Shown here one piece after another: positions 8,589-18,381 of a stretch of DNA of 35,790 nucleotides (within the stretch, counting starts at the first letter, position 1; each line of letters begins with the position of its first letter). Made by a program: the position numbers and the translations under genes. The notes beneath the pieces were generated by a model that saw only the letters and a program-made list of their open reading frames with translations, ran no database searches and was not told the DNA's origin. Origin of the DNA: a virus (taxonomy: Duplodnaviria; Caudoviricetes); IMG/VR virus record IMGVR_UViG_3300031965_000096, positions 1 through 35,790 of that record. One strand, given 5' to 3'.

Positions 8589-8980
8589 GCCTTCTCACAC
8601 GTGACCTGATCGACGGTGCCGACGACCTTCCCTACGAGGACGTTCCTGTCCCCGAATGGGGAGGCACTGTCCGGCTCCGTACCCTCACCGGATCCGAACG
8701 GGACGCGTTCGAAGGGTCGATTCTGGTTCAGAACGGGAACAGTCGGCGGCTCAACTTGAAGAACGCTCGCGCGAAATTGCTGGTATTGAGCCTGGTCGAC
8801 GAGGACGGGAAACGGCTCTACGCCGAGACCGACGTGGCGAAGCTCGGAAAGAAGTCCGCCAAGGTCCTCGACCGGCTGTTCGACAAAGCCCAGAAGCTGT
8901 CCGGGCTCACCGACGAAGACGTCGAGGAGCTCGTCGAGGGTTTCGGGACCGCCCCGAACGACGAGCCTGGTTCCGAATAG
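8585..8980 (+). CDS. Tail assembly chaperone (gpG-like)
   Basis: VPVPEWGGTVRLRTLTGSERDAFE and SLVDEDGKRLY; lies between tail tube and tape measure. Confidence 0.9.
   Translation: MSLLTRDLIDGADDLPYEDVPVPEWGGTVRLRTLTGSERDAFEGSILVQNGNSRRLNLKNARAKLLVLSLVDEDGKRLYAETDVAKLGKKSAKVLDRLFDKAQKLSGLTDEDVEELVEGFGTAPNDEPGSE
8938..8944 (+). other. Programmed -1 frameshift slippery site G GGT TTC
   Basis: XXXYYYZ heptamer phased in the chaperone frame; the -1 frame is open to 9258. Confidence 0.8.
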
Positions 8981-9258
8981 CCGCCCATCTCGGGATGACG
9001 GTCCGGGAGGCGCAGGCCCGCATGGATGCGCGGGAGTTCGCCGAATGGCTCGCATACGAGAGGCTGACCGGTCCGCTCGGCGGTGAACGGGGCGACCTCC
9101 ACACGGCGATCGTCGCCGCCACCGTCCACAACATGTGGGCGAAGAAGCCGAAGAAGCTGCGGGATTTCATCCCGGAGTGGCACAAGCGCCCCAAGAGCTG
9201 GCAGGAACAGCTCGTGACGTTGGATTCAATTCTGCGGAAGGTCGGAGGTGACGAGTGA
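8944..9258 (+). CDS. Tail assembly chaperone frameshift extension (gpT part of gpGT)
   Basis: -1 frame reads RPERRAWFRIAAHLGMTV..EFAEWLAYERLTGPLG.ERGD; ends overlapping the tape measure start. Confidence 0.82.
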   Translation, partial: RDRPERRAWFRIAAHLGMTVREAQARMDAREFAEWLAYERLTGPLGGERGDLHTAIVAATVHNMWAKKPKKLRDFIPEWHKRPKSWQEQLVTLDSILRKVGGDE

Positions 9259-11186
9259 GCACCCTTGCTGAGCTGATGGTGAAAATCGGCGTGGACGACG
9301 CCGACCTCGAAAAGTCCATCTCCAGTATCGGAACGAAGGTCGGCGCGTTGGCCACCGGTATCGGCGCCGGCCTGGAAGGGTTCGCCCGTTCCCAGCAGGA
9401 ACGCAACGTCACCCTCGAACAGATGGGCCGCGTGACAGGCGAAGGCTCCGACGCGTTACGGGAGATGGCCACCGACCTTCAGAACGTGACTCTACCGATG
9501 GAGGATGTGATCTCGCTGATGGAGACCGCCACCCAGCGGGGCCTCCGCGGTGACGCCATCGCCGACTACGCCACCTTCTGGGACATGGTCGGTGACGCCA
9601 CCGGTGAGGCGGGCCCGGCGCTCGGCAAGGCCGGTGTGGCGCTCGGGCAGGTTGGTATCGCCGCCGGGGACGAAGCGAAAGCGTTGGACGCGTTCGGGTT
9701 CATCACCGACAACACCACCTCCTCGATCGAGGGGTTCCTGGGGTTCATCGAGAAGACCGCCAACGAGTTGGGGGACGCCACCCCCGACATCGACGACATG
9801 GCCGGGGCCCTCGGCGCTTTGGAGGATGCCGGGTTCTCGTCGTCGCGGGCGCAACGTGAATTACGGTCGGCGTTGTCCGCGGCAGACGGGGACATGCTCG
9901 CCGCACTTGAAACCCTCGGCATCAGCCAGGAGGCCTATGAGGCTCAGGTTGAAGCGGTCGGTGCGTCGTCTGGCGCCATCGAGGCCAACGCTCAGGCGTA
10001 CGCCGACTCGTTCACGCCGATGCAGAAGATGCAGGCGAAAATCGAGAACCTGATGACCAAATACGGGGGGCTCGCCGACGCTGCCGGGATGGTGTCCGCC
10101 CCCCTGTCGTCGGTCGGTGTCGCCATGATGGGATTCTCACGGCTCGCACCCGGGTTCATCGGCCGTATCGGCGCGATGGTCGGCGCGATCGGCACCAAGA
10201 TCACCGCGCTCGGCGCCTGGGCCGCGGCGACCGTCGCGCAAGGGGCGAAGGCGTTGGCGTCGATGGCCGCCACCTCCGTGAAGTTCGTCGCCCACTACGC
10301 CCGGATGGCCGTCGCGTCGCTTGTCTCCGCGGCGAAGATCGCCCTGTCGTGGATCATCGCTATGGGTCCCATCGCCCTTGTGATCGCCGCCGTCGTCGGA
10401 CTGGTCGCGTTGATCATTGCGAATTGGGACACGGTGAAGAAGTGGACGAAGAAGGCGTGGGAATGGGTGTCCGAGAAGATCGCCGCCGTGTGGGACTGGA
10501 TCAAAGGTGTCGTCTCGGGCGGTGTGACAGCGGTCGTCGGGTTCTTCACCAACCTGCGGGACAAGATCAAAGCCGCCGTCACCGCCGCCCGTGACTGGGT
10601 GATCCAGAAGTTCGGTGAGCTGGTGACTGGTGCGATCGGTAAGGCGGTCGAGCTGGTCTCCTGGCTGAGTGGGCTGCCCGGCCGCATCCTGTCCGCCATC
10701 GGGGACCTGGCGGGGCTTCTCGTCGACGCCGGCAAGAACGTTGTGATCGGCTTGTGGGAGGGGATCAAGTCGATGGGCGGTTGGCTGGCCGAGCAGATCG
10801 GCGGCTGGGTGAAGGACAAGATCCCCGGCCCGATCGCGTCGGTGCTTGGCATTTCGTCGGCGTCGAAAGTGACTGCCGGGTTGGGCGGTGAGGTGGTCGC
10901 CGGGCTCGCCCTGGGCATGTCGAAGGATCTGCGTCTGGTCGAGCGGTCCGCGATGCGTCTCGCCGCAGCGTCTATCCCGGAGATCTCCGGTGTGCGGACG
11001 GCTGGCGTGTCGACTGATACGGGCGACCAGATGGCGGTTCCTGCCGTCTCTGCCGTCTCCGGCGCCTCGGCGAACCGTGCTGGCTCCCAGCCGCCCATCT
11101 ACATCGGGAACGTGTACGGCTGGGATGACTTCGTGAAGAAGGTCCGGGAGGCGGGCGTGGACATCAACCGGCTCGGCTGGCAATGA
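9255..11186 (+). CDS. Tape measure protein
   Basis: 643 aa, Ala/Gly-rich, LAELMVKIG start, periodic Trp repeats; follows the chaperones. Confidence 0.93.
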   Translation: MSTLAELMVKIGVDDADLEKSISSIGTKVGALATGIGAGLEGFARSQQERNVTLEQMGRVTGEGSDALREMATDLQNVTLPMEDVISLMETATQRGLRGDAIADYATFWDMVGDATGEAGPALGKAGVALGQVGIAAGDEAKALDAFGFITDNTTSSIEGFLGFIEKTANELGDATPDIDDMAGALGALEDAGFSSSRAQRELRSALSAADGDMLAALETLGISQEAYEAQVEAVGASSGAIEANAQAYADSFTPMQKMQAKIENLMTKYGGLADAAGMVSAPLSSVGVAMMGFSRLAPGFIGRIGAMVGAIGTKITALGAWAAATVAQGAKALASMAATSVKFVAHYARMAVASLVSAAKIALSWIIAMGPIALVIAAVVGLVALIIANWDTVKKWTKKAWEWVSEKIAAVWDWIKGVVSGGVTAVVGFFTNLRDKIKAAVTAARDWVIQKFGELVTGAIGKAVELVSWLSGLPGRILSAIGDLAGLLVDAGKNVVIGLWEGIKSMGGWLAEQIGGWVKDKIPGPIASVLGISSASKVTAGLGGEVVAGLALGMSKDLRLVERSAMRLAAASIPEISGVRTAGVSTDTGDQMAVPAVSAVSGASANRAGSQPPIYIGNVYGWDDFVKKVREAGVDINRLGWQ

Positions 11187-12355
11187 CCCAGCCGACGGTC
11201 ACGGTCGAAGCAGCGTTCGGGTCGTCCATGTTCGACGCCGCACCGGCGTGGACTGACATCTCCGCCTACTTCCGGTCCGGGAACACAGCGAGAGGCCGGG
11301 CGTCGGTCGATCAACGGTTCGAGACCGGTACCGCGTCGCTGGTCTTGGATAACCGGGACGGCCGGTTCACCGCTGACAACCCGTCGTCGCCGTACTACCC
11401 GGATGTGAAGATCGGCGTTCCGATCCGCATCACCGCCACATGGGCGACCGTCACCTATCCGGTGTTCTACGGGTCGGCGAGGTCGTGGCCACCGGACTAT
11501 CCGACCGGGAACATCGACTCCACCGTCACCGTGCCGCTGGCTGACGGGTTCTACAACCTGAACCTCGAGGACCTGGCCGGCGAATCATTCGACGCCCAGC
11601 CGACCGACGAGCGGATCATCGCCGTGCTCGACGCGATCGGCTGGCCCGCTGCCTTGCGCGACATCGACGACGGGGTGGCGACTGTTCAGGCGACCGATGT
11701 GGCCCAGCCGAACGACGGCGGTGAACAGCCCGCCCTCGCCCACCTCCTCGACGTGGCCGAGTCCGAGGTCGGTGTCCTGTTCATGGGTGGGGACGGGAAG
11801 GTGGTGTTCCGGAACCGGGTCGCCATGTCCGCGGTCGTCTCGGCCGCCACCTTTGATGGTGGCGACTATCAGGAGATCGGCCTCCGGTATGACGATTCGA
11901 TCCTGTACAACGACATTCGGGTTGCCCGTGAGGACGGCATCCAGGTCACCTTCGTCAACGCCACGTCAGTGACCGAGCATGGCCGCAGGGTGTTGACCCG
12001 GGACGTGATGCCCATGGGGAACGATCCTGAGGTTCTCAACGTGGCTGAGTGGCTGTCGGCGCTGTTCGGGACCCAGCGGCTCCGTATCGAAGGGCTCAAG
12101 TTCAAACCGTTGAAAGATACGGCGCTGATGGCCTCCATGCTGGACCTGGATCTGCGTGACGCGGTCACCGTCCAGATGACCCCTCCTGGTGTTGACGCTC
12201 TCAGTCAACTGTCCGCGGTCGAGCATGTGCGTCATGAGATCCGCCCGCAGGACTGGACGACGGTCTGGTCGGTGATTCCGCTCACCGAGTTGGAGCAGCG
12301 GGAGTTCTGGATTCTCGGCACCTCCGAGCTCGACACCGAAACACGACTCGCATAG
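11183..12355 (+). CDS. Minor tail protein (distal tail / hub)
   Basis: WTDISAY..GR...LVLDNRDGRF; position after the tape measure. Confidence 0.82.
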   Translation: MTQPTVTVEAAFGSSMFDAAPAWTDISAYFRSGNTARGRASVDQRFETGTASLVLDNRDGRFTADNPSSPYYPDVKIGVPIRITATWATVTYPVFYGSARSWPPDYPTGNIDSTVTVPLADGFYNLNLEDLAGESFDAQPTDERIIAVLDAIGWPAALRDIDDGVATVQATDVAQPNDGGEQPALAHLLDVAESEVGVLFMGGDGKVVFRNRVAMSAVVSAATFDGGDYQEIGLRYDDSILYNDIRVAREDGIQVTFVNATSVTEHGRRVLTRDVMPMGNDPEVLNVAEWLSALFGTQRLRIEGLKFKPLKDTALMASMLDLDLRDAVTVQMTPPGVDALSQLSAVEHVRHEIRPQDWTTVWSVIPLTELEQREFWILGTSELDTETRLA

Positions 12356-12364
12356 GAGCCCTTC

Positions 12365-12895
12365 ATGGCATATTCCACCCCGCGCACGTGGGCTACCGAC
12401 GAGGTTGTGACCGCCGCCCAAATGAACCAGGAAGTACGCGACAACCTGGATGCGGGGTTCCCTGACGAGGTGGAAGCTATCGATTGGACGCCCACGCTGG
12501 AAGCGTCCGCATCGAACCCTTCCACGTCGGCGGTGACAGGGCGCAGATGGCGTGTCGGACCTTTGCAGTTTGTGCTCGCCCGGTTCGTCCTGTCCACTGG
12601 CGGTTCCGGTGAGTACTTCGTCACGCTCCCTGTCGCCGCTTCGGGGATCACTGCCAACACGGGGGCGGGGTTGGGGCAGGCGATCGGCACGTTCCAAGCC
12701 CGTGACATCACCCCGGCGTGGATGCTGCAAGGCAACGTCCTACTGAAAACGGCTGACTCGGTTGTGTTTCATGCGTCGTCGGCTGAGGGGGCCGCCGGCG
12801 GCGGAACCGAGTCCGGGATTTTGCAGCACTCCGGCCCGCGGGCGTGGGGCTCCGGGGACGTGTTCTCGTTCATGGCGTTCTACCCGGTCGCATGA
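12365..12895 (+). CDS. Minor tail protein
   Basis: N-terminal PRTWATDEVVTAAQMNQEVRDN is typical of actinophage tail proteins. Confidence 0.78.
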   Translation: MAYSTPRTWATDEVVTAAQMNQEVRDNLDAGFPDEVEAIDWTPTLEASASNPSTSAVTGRRWRVGPLQFVLARFVLSTGGSGEYFVTLPVAASGITANTGAGLGQAIGTFQARDITPAWMLQGNVLLKTADSVVFHASSAEGAAGGGTESGILQHSGPRAWGSGDVFSFMAFYPVA

Positions 12896-15099
12896 ACACC
12901 AACACGCTTCGCCGCCTGAACTGGTTGTGGAAGCACCGTCACACCCACGACGACGACCCCGTCGTAGAGCAGCTGACAATCGTCGTCGGTGAGGTCCAGC
13001 AGCAGGTTGATTCGGTCGCGTTCGAAGACTGCTGCGGGAAACTGCTCGACGGTGCTCAGGGTTCGTTGGGGGCGTTCACGGAGGGCCTAGAACCCATCGA
13101 CGCCGCCGGGGAGACAGTCACGTTCACCCTTCCTGCGTCGGTTGCTACCGGACATCAAATGTATTTGGCGTGCCACGGCACCACCGATGTGACCGCCCCG
13201 ACCGGATGGTCAACGGTCGTCAACGAGGACGGGTTGGACGGGTCGAACAACTTCATGACCGCCATCTTCCGCAAAGTGGCCGAAGCGTCGGACACCCCGA
13301 GCTCTGAGCAGACGTTCGACGCGGGGGCGAACGCATCGGGGGCACGGGTCGGCTGGACATGTTGGGATCACTCGGCACCGTCCGGGGTGGACTATTCGAC
13401 ATCCACCCCGGACTTCGCAACGTCCGGCACGGCGAAGCAAGCTCCGGCGACTTCGCCGGGGATCGATCCGACCGCCGAGGGTGAGCATTGGGTGTTCGCG
13501 GTGGGGATGTGCGACACCACGACTGACGAGACGGCCCCGGCGGGGTACGCGTTCGGCAGCTCCGACCCGAGTGCCCACCGGACGATCCCGCATGTGGCGT
13601 ACAGGAAGGTGACGTTCGGGGCGTCGGATGTGGAAACACCGGGGGACTGGGCGACCCAAGGTTGGGGGTTCACGCTGGCTTCCTTGGCGGAGGGTGATCC
13701 CACCGTCGCGGAGTTCGATCACACTCACACTGAGGACGAAGTGTCCGACATCGACACCCTGGCTCAGAAGGCCACCCCGGTTGACGCGGACCGGGTGAAG
13801 ATCTACGACTCGGAAGATTCGGACACTTTCAAGTACGCCGATCTGGGGGACCTGCCCGGTGGCGGCGGGTCGTCGTCGCTGGACGATCTCACCGATGTGA
13901 CGATCGACGGGACCCCAGCGGATAACGAAGTCCTGGCGTATGACGACGGCACATCCGAGTTCATCAACCAGACCGCGGCCGAAGCGGGACTGTCCGCGAC
14001 AGGGCATACGCATACCGAGTCGGATGTGACCGACCTTGACCATTGGGTTGAGGCCGATCATGACGCGTTGGATCATACGGGGCTGACCGGGGTTGGTGGG
14101 GCGTCCGCGATAGATGACCTGTCGGATGTGGACACGACCACCGACGCTCCTACGACCGGGCAGGTGTTGAAATGGGACGGGTCGAACTGGGTTCCCGACG
14201 ACGACGATGTCGGATCGGGCTCTCTCCCAACCCCGGCCACGAAGGGTGATCTTGCCGTCTGGGACGGGGACTCCTGGGAGATTCTCGCAGCCGGAACGAA
14301 CGGGCATGCGGTCGTCGCTGATTCCGGTGAGGCGCTGGGCTTGAAGTATGCGTCTGTTGGTGGCGGTTCTTCGGGGGACTATCTCGACACGAAAGCATCA
14401 CCCGACGACCCACCCGACGACGAGTTCGACGACACGACCGGCATGTCCGGATCTACGAACGGCCTCGACGCGAAGTGGACGGCGGTTGCTGGCTCGTCGG
14501 GCACGGTGTCGTTCCTCGAAACGGGGAACGTGTCGGAATACGACCTGGCCACCCGCGATGGGTCCCTGCTGCTGCAGGTTGGGAACAACGGTTCGCAGGT
14601 GGTGTCGTTGCGGCAGGACTTCACGCTGGCCGATACGAAGTCGATCGTGGCAAAAGTACGGCCGGGACTGCTGTTGCCCGGACAGCCGGGCTTCAACACC
14701 TCCCAGCAATACCGGTTCGGGATGTTCGTCAACGACGATAACACCGGATTCACCGCCGGCAACGAGTGGGGTGTCCTGTTCCAGTCCCGTACGAGTGCTT
14801 GGCGTCTTATCTCCTGGGCGGACGGTGGGACGGTAGTGAAGGGAACGGGTGACTCGGCCGGGATAGTCACCAGTAGTGCCACCTATCTGAGGATCACCCG
14901 GTCGGGAAGCGTCTACTACGCGCACGTCTCGTTCGACGGTCGGGTGTGGTGGTCCCTCGGGTCGACCGACCTGGGAGCGAACATCGCCGACAACGTGTGG
15001 CTGTTCGCCGACAACCTGAGCGCTGTGACCAGTGAACCGGTACCCATCCACGAGGTGGAATGGTTCCGGCTCGGCACCAACGCCCTCGACCCGTGGTAG
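12892..15099 (+). CDS. Tail fibre / receptor-binding protein with fibre repeats and a C-terminal beta-sandwich (ConA-like) domain
   Basis: HTHTE.(D/E)V.D repeats, LDDLTDV/IDDLSDV..GQVLKWDGSNW repeats, and a C-terminal YLRITRSGSVY...SFDG..W segment. Confidence 0.75.
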   Translation: MNTNTLRRLNWLWKHRHTHDDDPVVEQLTIVVGEVQQQVDSVAFEDCCGKLLDGAQGSLGAFTEGLEPIDAAGETVTFTLPASVATGHQMYLACHGTTDVTAPTGWSTVVNEDGLDGSNNFMTAIFRKVAEASDTPSSEQTFDAGANASGARVGWTCWDHSAPSGVDYSTSTPDFATSGTAKQAPATSPGIDPTAEGEHWVFAVGMCDTTTDETAPAGYAFGSSDPSAHRTIPHVAYRKVTFGASDVETPGDWATQGWGFTLASLAEGDPTVAEFDHTHTEDEVSDIDTLAQKATPVDADRVKIYDSEDSDTFKYADLGDLPGGGGSSSLDDLTDVTIDGTPADNEVLAYDDGTSEFINQTAAEAGLSATGHTHTESDVTDLDHWVEADHDALDHTGLTGVGGASAIDDLSDVDTTTDAPTTGQVLKWDGSNWVPDDDDVGSGSLPTPATKGDLAVWDGDSWEILAAGTNGHAVVADSGEALGLKYASVGGGSSGDYLDTKASPDDPPDDEFDDTTGMSGSTNGLDAKWTAVAGSSGTVSFLETGNVSEYDLATRDGSLLLQVGNNGSQVVSLRQDFTLADTKSIVAKVRPGLLLPGQPGFNTSQQYRFGMFVNDDNTGFTAGNEWGVLFQSRTSAWRLISWADGGTVVKGTGDSAGIVTSSATYLRITRSGSVYYAHVSFDGRVWWSLGSTDLGANIADNVWLFADNLSAVTSEPVPIHEVEWFRLGTNALDPW

Positions 15100-15213
15100 G
15101 CCAGAAGATCCTCGCCGGACTGGTCCTCGTCGTCGCCCGGCCGCCTCCGCTAGCCAGGAGACTTCTATGCCCAACGATTTCCCCTGGCTGCCCGCGTCCG
15201 AAAGGAGCCGAAC

Positions 15214-15309
15214 ATGGACTGGCAGATAGCCCTCAACGTCGTCGGCTTCATCGGCCTCGGCCTCAACCGGCACGCCCTAAAAGGTCAGGAGACACTCGAT
15301 GCCCCCTGA
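15214..15309 (+). CDS. Possible 31-aa hydrophobic peptide
   Basis: AAGGAG RBS; MDWQIALNVVGFIGLGLNR... Confidence 0.35.
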   Translation: MDWQIALNVVGFIGLGLNRHALKGQETLDAP

Positions 15310-15315
15310 CTTCCC

Positions 15316-15708
15316 ATGCTGACCGTCGCCGTGAAGGTCGGCCAGCTCGTATCCAACGGTCTCATCGGTGCAGGCGTCGTCGTCGTCGCCCAAGCGTCCG
15401 CAGTGTCGGACATCGACCGGATCATCGGCGGCTCGGTGATCCTCGGTTCCGGACTGCTCGCCCTCCGGATGATCCTCAAGGCCGCCCGCCACGAACGCGA
15501 GTCGGCGGCGACCATCCAGAAGGCCCTCGTTGACCGGGTCGCCGACCTTGAAGCAGACCTGGTCGACGCCCGCATCCGCGAGGCGGAACTCCAGGAGAAG
15601 TACGACAGCGAACGTGCCCTCCGGATCAGCCTCGAACGTGCCGGAGTCGCAAACCGGCGACACGACGACCTGCCCGCCTCTGACGACATCGACGGCACCG
15701 CCGTCTGA
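15316..15708 (+). CDS. Membrane protein with coiled coil (lysis-associated)
   Basis: Hydrophobic segments followed by a charged heptad region; upstream of holin and endolysin. Confidence 0.7.
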   Translation: MLTVAVKVGQLVSNGLIGAGVVVVAQASAVSDIDRIIGGSVILGSGLLALRMILKAARHERESAATIQKALVDRVADLEADLVDARIREAELQEKYDSERALRISLERAGVANRRHDDLPASDDIDGTAV

Positions 15709-15756
15709 CATGCGCGCGATCGCGCGCATCACGTACGCAACGAAGGAGGCTCCATC

Positions 15757-16020
15757 ATGGAGATGCTCACTGGAATCATCATCGTCTCGACCGGTGTGAA
15801 GCTGGTCATCGACAAGCTCCGCAAATGGCTGCCCCGCCTCGACGGGGACCTCGTCAACCTTGGCGCCCTGGGCCTCGGCTACGCCGCCACCTACCTGCCC
15901 GACGTCGTCACTCTCGACTCCGGATCGTGGACGGAGCGCATGTCAGCGGCGATCTTCATCACCGGCACGTCCGCCCTGTTCGCGCAGGCGACGAAGAAGA
16001 CCGAACCGATGGGCGTCTGA
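15757..16020 (+). CDS. Putative holin
   Basis: 87 aa with 2-3 hydrophobic segments; AAGGAGG RBS; coupled to the endolysin. Confidence 0.65.
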   Translation: MEMLTGIIIVSTGVKLVIDKLRKWLPRLDGDLVNLGALGLGYAATYLPDVVTLDSGSWTERMSAAIFITGTSALFAQATKKTEPMGV

Positions 16021-17201
16021 TGACAGTCGTCTCACCCGCCGAATGGGGCGCACGCCTCACATATGATGCTCGGCCTCCGATCAGCACACCCCGCGAGCGG
16101 ATCGCCCTGCACTACAACGGTGGGCCGATCGCCTCCTACGACAAGGGCCGCAGATTCGAAGAGGCCGCCCTCCGCGCCATCGAGAAATGGCATATCGAGG
16201 GGAACGGCTGGACGACAGGCATCGGCTACGGGTTCGCCGCCGGCCATTCCGGCACAACCTACCGGCTGCGCGGCTGGTCATCATTGGCCGCGCACAAAGG
16301 CGACTACGACCGTGACGGCGTCGCAGAGAACTTGGAGACCCAGGCGATCCTCCTGATCCTCGGCGGCACCCAGACAATGTCTGAGCCGATGAAACGGTCG
16401 GTGGCGGAGCTGCGTCTCGACTTCGAACAGAACCAGGGGCGGGAGCTGGTTCTGATCGGCCATCAGGAGATCGCCCAGCAGGGCACCGGCACCGCCACCC
16501 AATGCCCCGGCGCCGGCGTCATGGAGTATGTGCGGGCGAACCGGCGGCTCGGCAGCATCCCGGCCGGTGAACCGATCATGGGACAGGCGACCACCACGGC
16601 CGCCGACGCCGTCATGTGGGCGTCCGGGAAAGGCTCCGCCCAGATCTTCGTCGACGTGATCCCGATCTACTACGACGTGTTCCCCGTCTACGGGGTACGT
16701 CCCGAAGTCGGCGCCGTGCAGGCGTTCTGGGAGACGGGTGGCGGCCGCTTCGGCCGGGCGGTCACCCCGGGCCATCACAACTGGTGCGGGCTCAAAGTGA
16801 CGGACCCGACCGGCGCAGACGACGACCCTGACTCTCACGCCCGGTTCCCCACCGACCGGCATGGGATCATCGCCCACGCCGAACACCTTCGCCTCTACGC
16901 TTCGAAGCCCACGCCCGGCGCGATCGATCCCCGCCACTTCCCATGGCTGGCAGGTACCGCACCCACCGTCCGCAGCCTCGGCGGCAAGTGGGCGCCATCA
17001 GCCACCTACGGGGAACGGCTCGAGCAGCTGCTCCGCGAGCTGACGACCGGTGCGGATTTGTGGCCGGCGGGGCTCGAACCGCACTTCCGCCAGTCGTGGC
17101 AGTGGGCGAAAGAGAAGGGGATCGTCTCGGACTCGTCGATGCCTGACGCCGCCGTGTCGGACGAGCGGCTGATGGAGTTCCTTCACCGGGCGCTCACATG
17201 A
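16020..17201 (+). CDS. Endolysin: Amidase_2 + GH73 glucosaminidase + SLH-like C-terminus
   Basis: Amidase: ALHY, IEKWH..GW..IGY, GHQE..TQCPG. GH73: QAFWETG..NWCGLK..GKWAPSATYG. C-terminus: WQWAKEKGIV..P. Confidence 0.88.
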   Translation: MTVVSPAEWGARLTYDARPPISTPRERIALHYNGGPIASYDKGRRFEEAALRAIEKWHIEGNGWTTGIGYGFAAGHSGTTYRLRGWSSLAAHKGDYDRDGVAENLETQAILLILGGTQTMSEPMKRSVAELRLDFEQNQGRELVLIGHQEIAQQGTGTATQCPGAGVMEYVRANRRLGSIPAGEPIMGQATTTAADAVMWASGKGSAQIFVDVIPIYYDVFPVYGVRPEVGAVQAFWETGGGRFGRAVTPGHHNWCGLKVTDPTGADDDPDSHARFPTDRHGIIAHAEHLRLYASKPTPGAIDPRHFPWLAGTAPTVRSLGGKWAPSATYGERLEQLLRELTTGADLWPAGLEPHFRQSWQWAKEKGIVSDSSMPDAAVSDERLMEFLHRALT

Positions 17202-17266
17202 GCGAGCTGTTCGCAGTCGACTATCCGATGTCGGTTGATAACCGACTATCCGACAGGAGGTGCGGC

Positions 17267-17371
17267 ATGTACGCCTGGCTTCCGTGGCTGATCGGCGGCA
17301 CCGTGATCGTCGTGATCTCCCTGCTCGTACTGTTGCCACGCTTGTGGGGTGGTGACGACCCGCCCGGCTAG
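17267..17371 (+). CDS. Small single-TM protein (34 aa; 57 aa if started at 17198)
   Basis: AGGAGG RBS; MYAWLPWLIGGTVIVVISLLVLLPRLW. Confidence 0.55.
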   Translation: MYAWLPWLIGGTVIVVISLLVLLPRLWGGDDPPG

Positions 17372-18381
17372 CCTGGATCGTGAGGGCTGAGCCGTTCCTG
17401 CGAGTACATACGGGGTAGGTCTTCCCTTGGCCCCTCGGTTCTCCTTCGGGAGGATCGGGGGGCTTTTCCTATTGCCGTCAGCACGATGACCGCCGCCGCG
17501 AAATGAACCTGCCCCAAGTCCGTCAATCCCAACCACACCGAGAAGTCGTTCCACAGCCAGAACGGAACAGCAGCCAACACCCACCACCGTCGCTGTGTCA
17601 GCGCCCACGCCGCCGCGGGGAACAGCACAAGATGATATCCGGGCCACGACACAGGAGGGACGAGCGCCGCAGCGACCGCGGCCAAACTCATCCCATGATC
17701 GTATGAGGTCCGGCGGGAACGCCACGCCATCACCACTCCGAACATGATCGCAGGGATATACCCGAGGAACCGGGCTATCGACGTGGTGCCCGGATGATCG
17801 AGAAACGCGCCACCATTCTCAACCAGATCCGCCACCCCACTATCCGGTACCAGCATGAGTCCCGCCACCGTGAGCACGCCGACAGTACTAACCGTCGTCC
17901 GCCACCGTTTCACAGGGAACGCGAAGATCATCGGGTACATTCGTAGCGCGGCGGCCGCCCCCACCAACACACCCGATCGTCTCGCCCACGCCACACAGAC
18001 CAGCACAGCGACCACGGATGCCATGTTCCCCGACACCACTGCCACACGAAGCGGGAAGGAGGCTGCGACCAGCACCGAAAGCACGGGCAGCCATATCAAC
18101 CTCAACTCCAACAGACGCCGGCATAGCCAGGCGACAGTTACAGCAGCCGCCACCCCCGCTGCCCGCGAGATAAGAATCGGGTCGATCCACGCGAGCGGCA
18201 TCTGCAACAGCCAGGCGGACGGCGGACGTGGAACCACACCGTATTTGTAGGGGTTTCCGCCGTTGATGATTATTTGCGCGTAGGTGGCGTCCGCGGCGAA
18301 GTCGAGCCGTCCTATCGGGATTCGCCATACGATGACCGTTGCCAGTCTCACCGCAACCGCCCACATCAAAAGACGCTTCAT
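17368..18381 (-). CDS. GT-C fold membrane glycosyltransferase (GT87 / DUF2029-like)
   Basis: Polytopic; D..Y...GGNPY...PP...PLA, GN, G..AALRMYP and PVSWPGY pattern. Confidence 0.75.
   Translation of the reverse strand: MKRLLMWAVAVRLATVIVWRIPIGRLDFAADATYAQIIINGGNPYKYGVVPRPPSAWLLQMPLAWIDPILISRAAGVAAAVTVAWLCRRLLELRLIWLPVLSVLVAASFPLRVAVVSGNMASVVAVLVCVAWARRSGVLVGAAAALRMYPMIFAFPVKRWRTTVSTVGVLTVAGLMLVPDSGVADLVENGGAFLDHPGTTSIARFLGYIPAIMFGVVMAWRSRRTSYDHGMSLAAVAAALVPPVSWPGYHLVLFPAAAWALTQRRWWVLAAVPFWLWNDFSVWLGLTDLGQVHFAAAVIVLTAIGKAPRSSRRRTEGPREDLPRMYSQERLSPHDPG

Noticed and set aside
10137-14307. Long minus-strand ORFs opposite tail genes (e.g. 10137-11183, 13210-14307)
   Set aside because: Shadow ORFs caused by high GC codon bias; no motifs or RBS support.
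12892-15099. Diversity-generating retroelement target in the tail fibre
   Set aside because: No reverse transcriptase and no TR/VR repeat pair seen.
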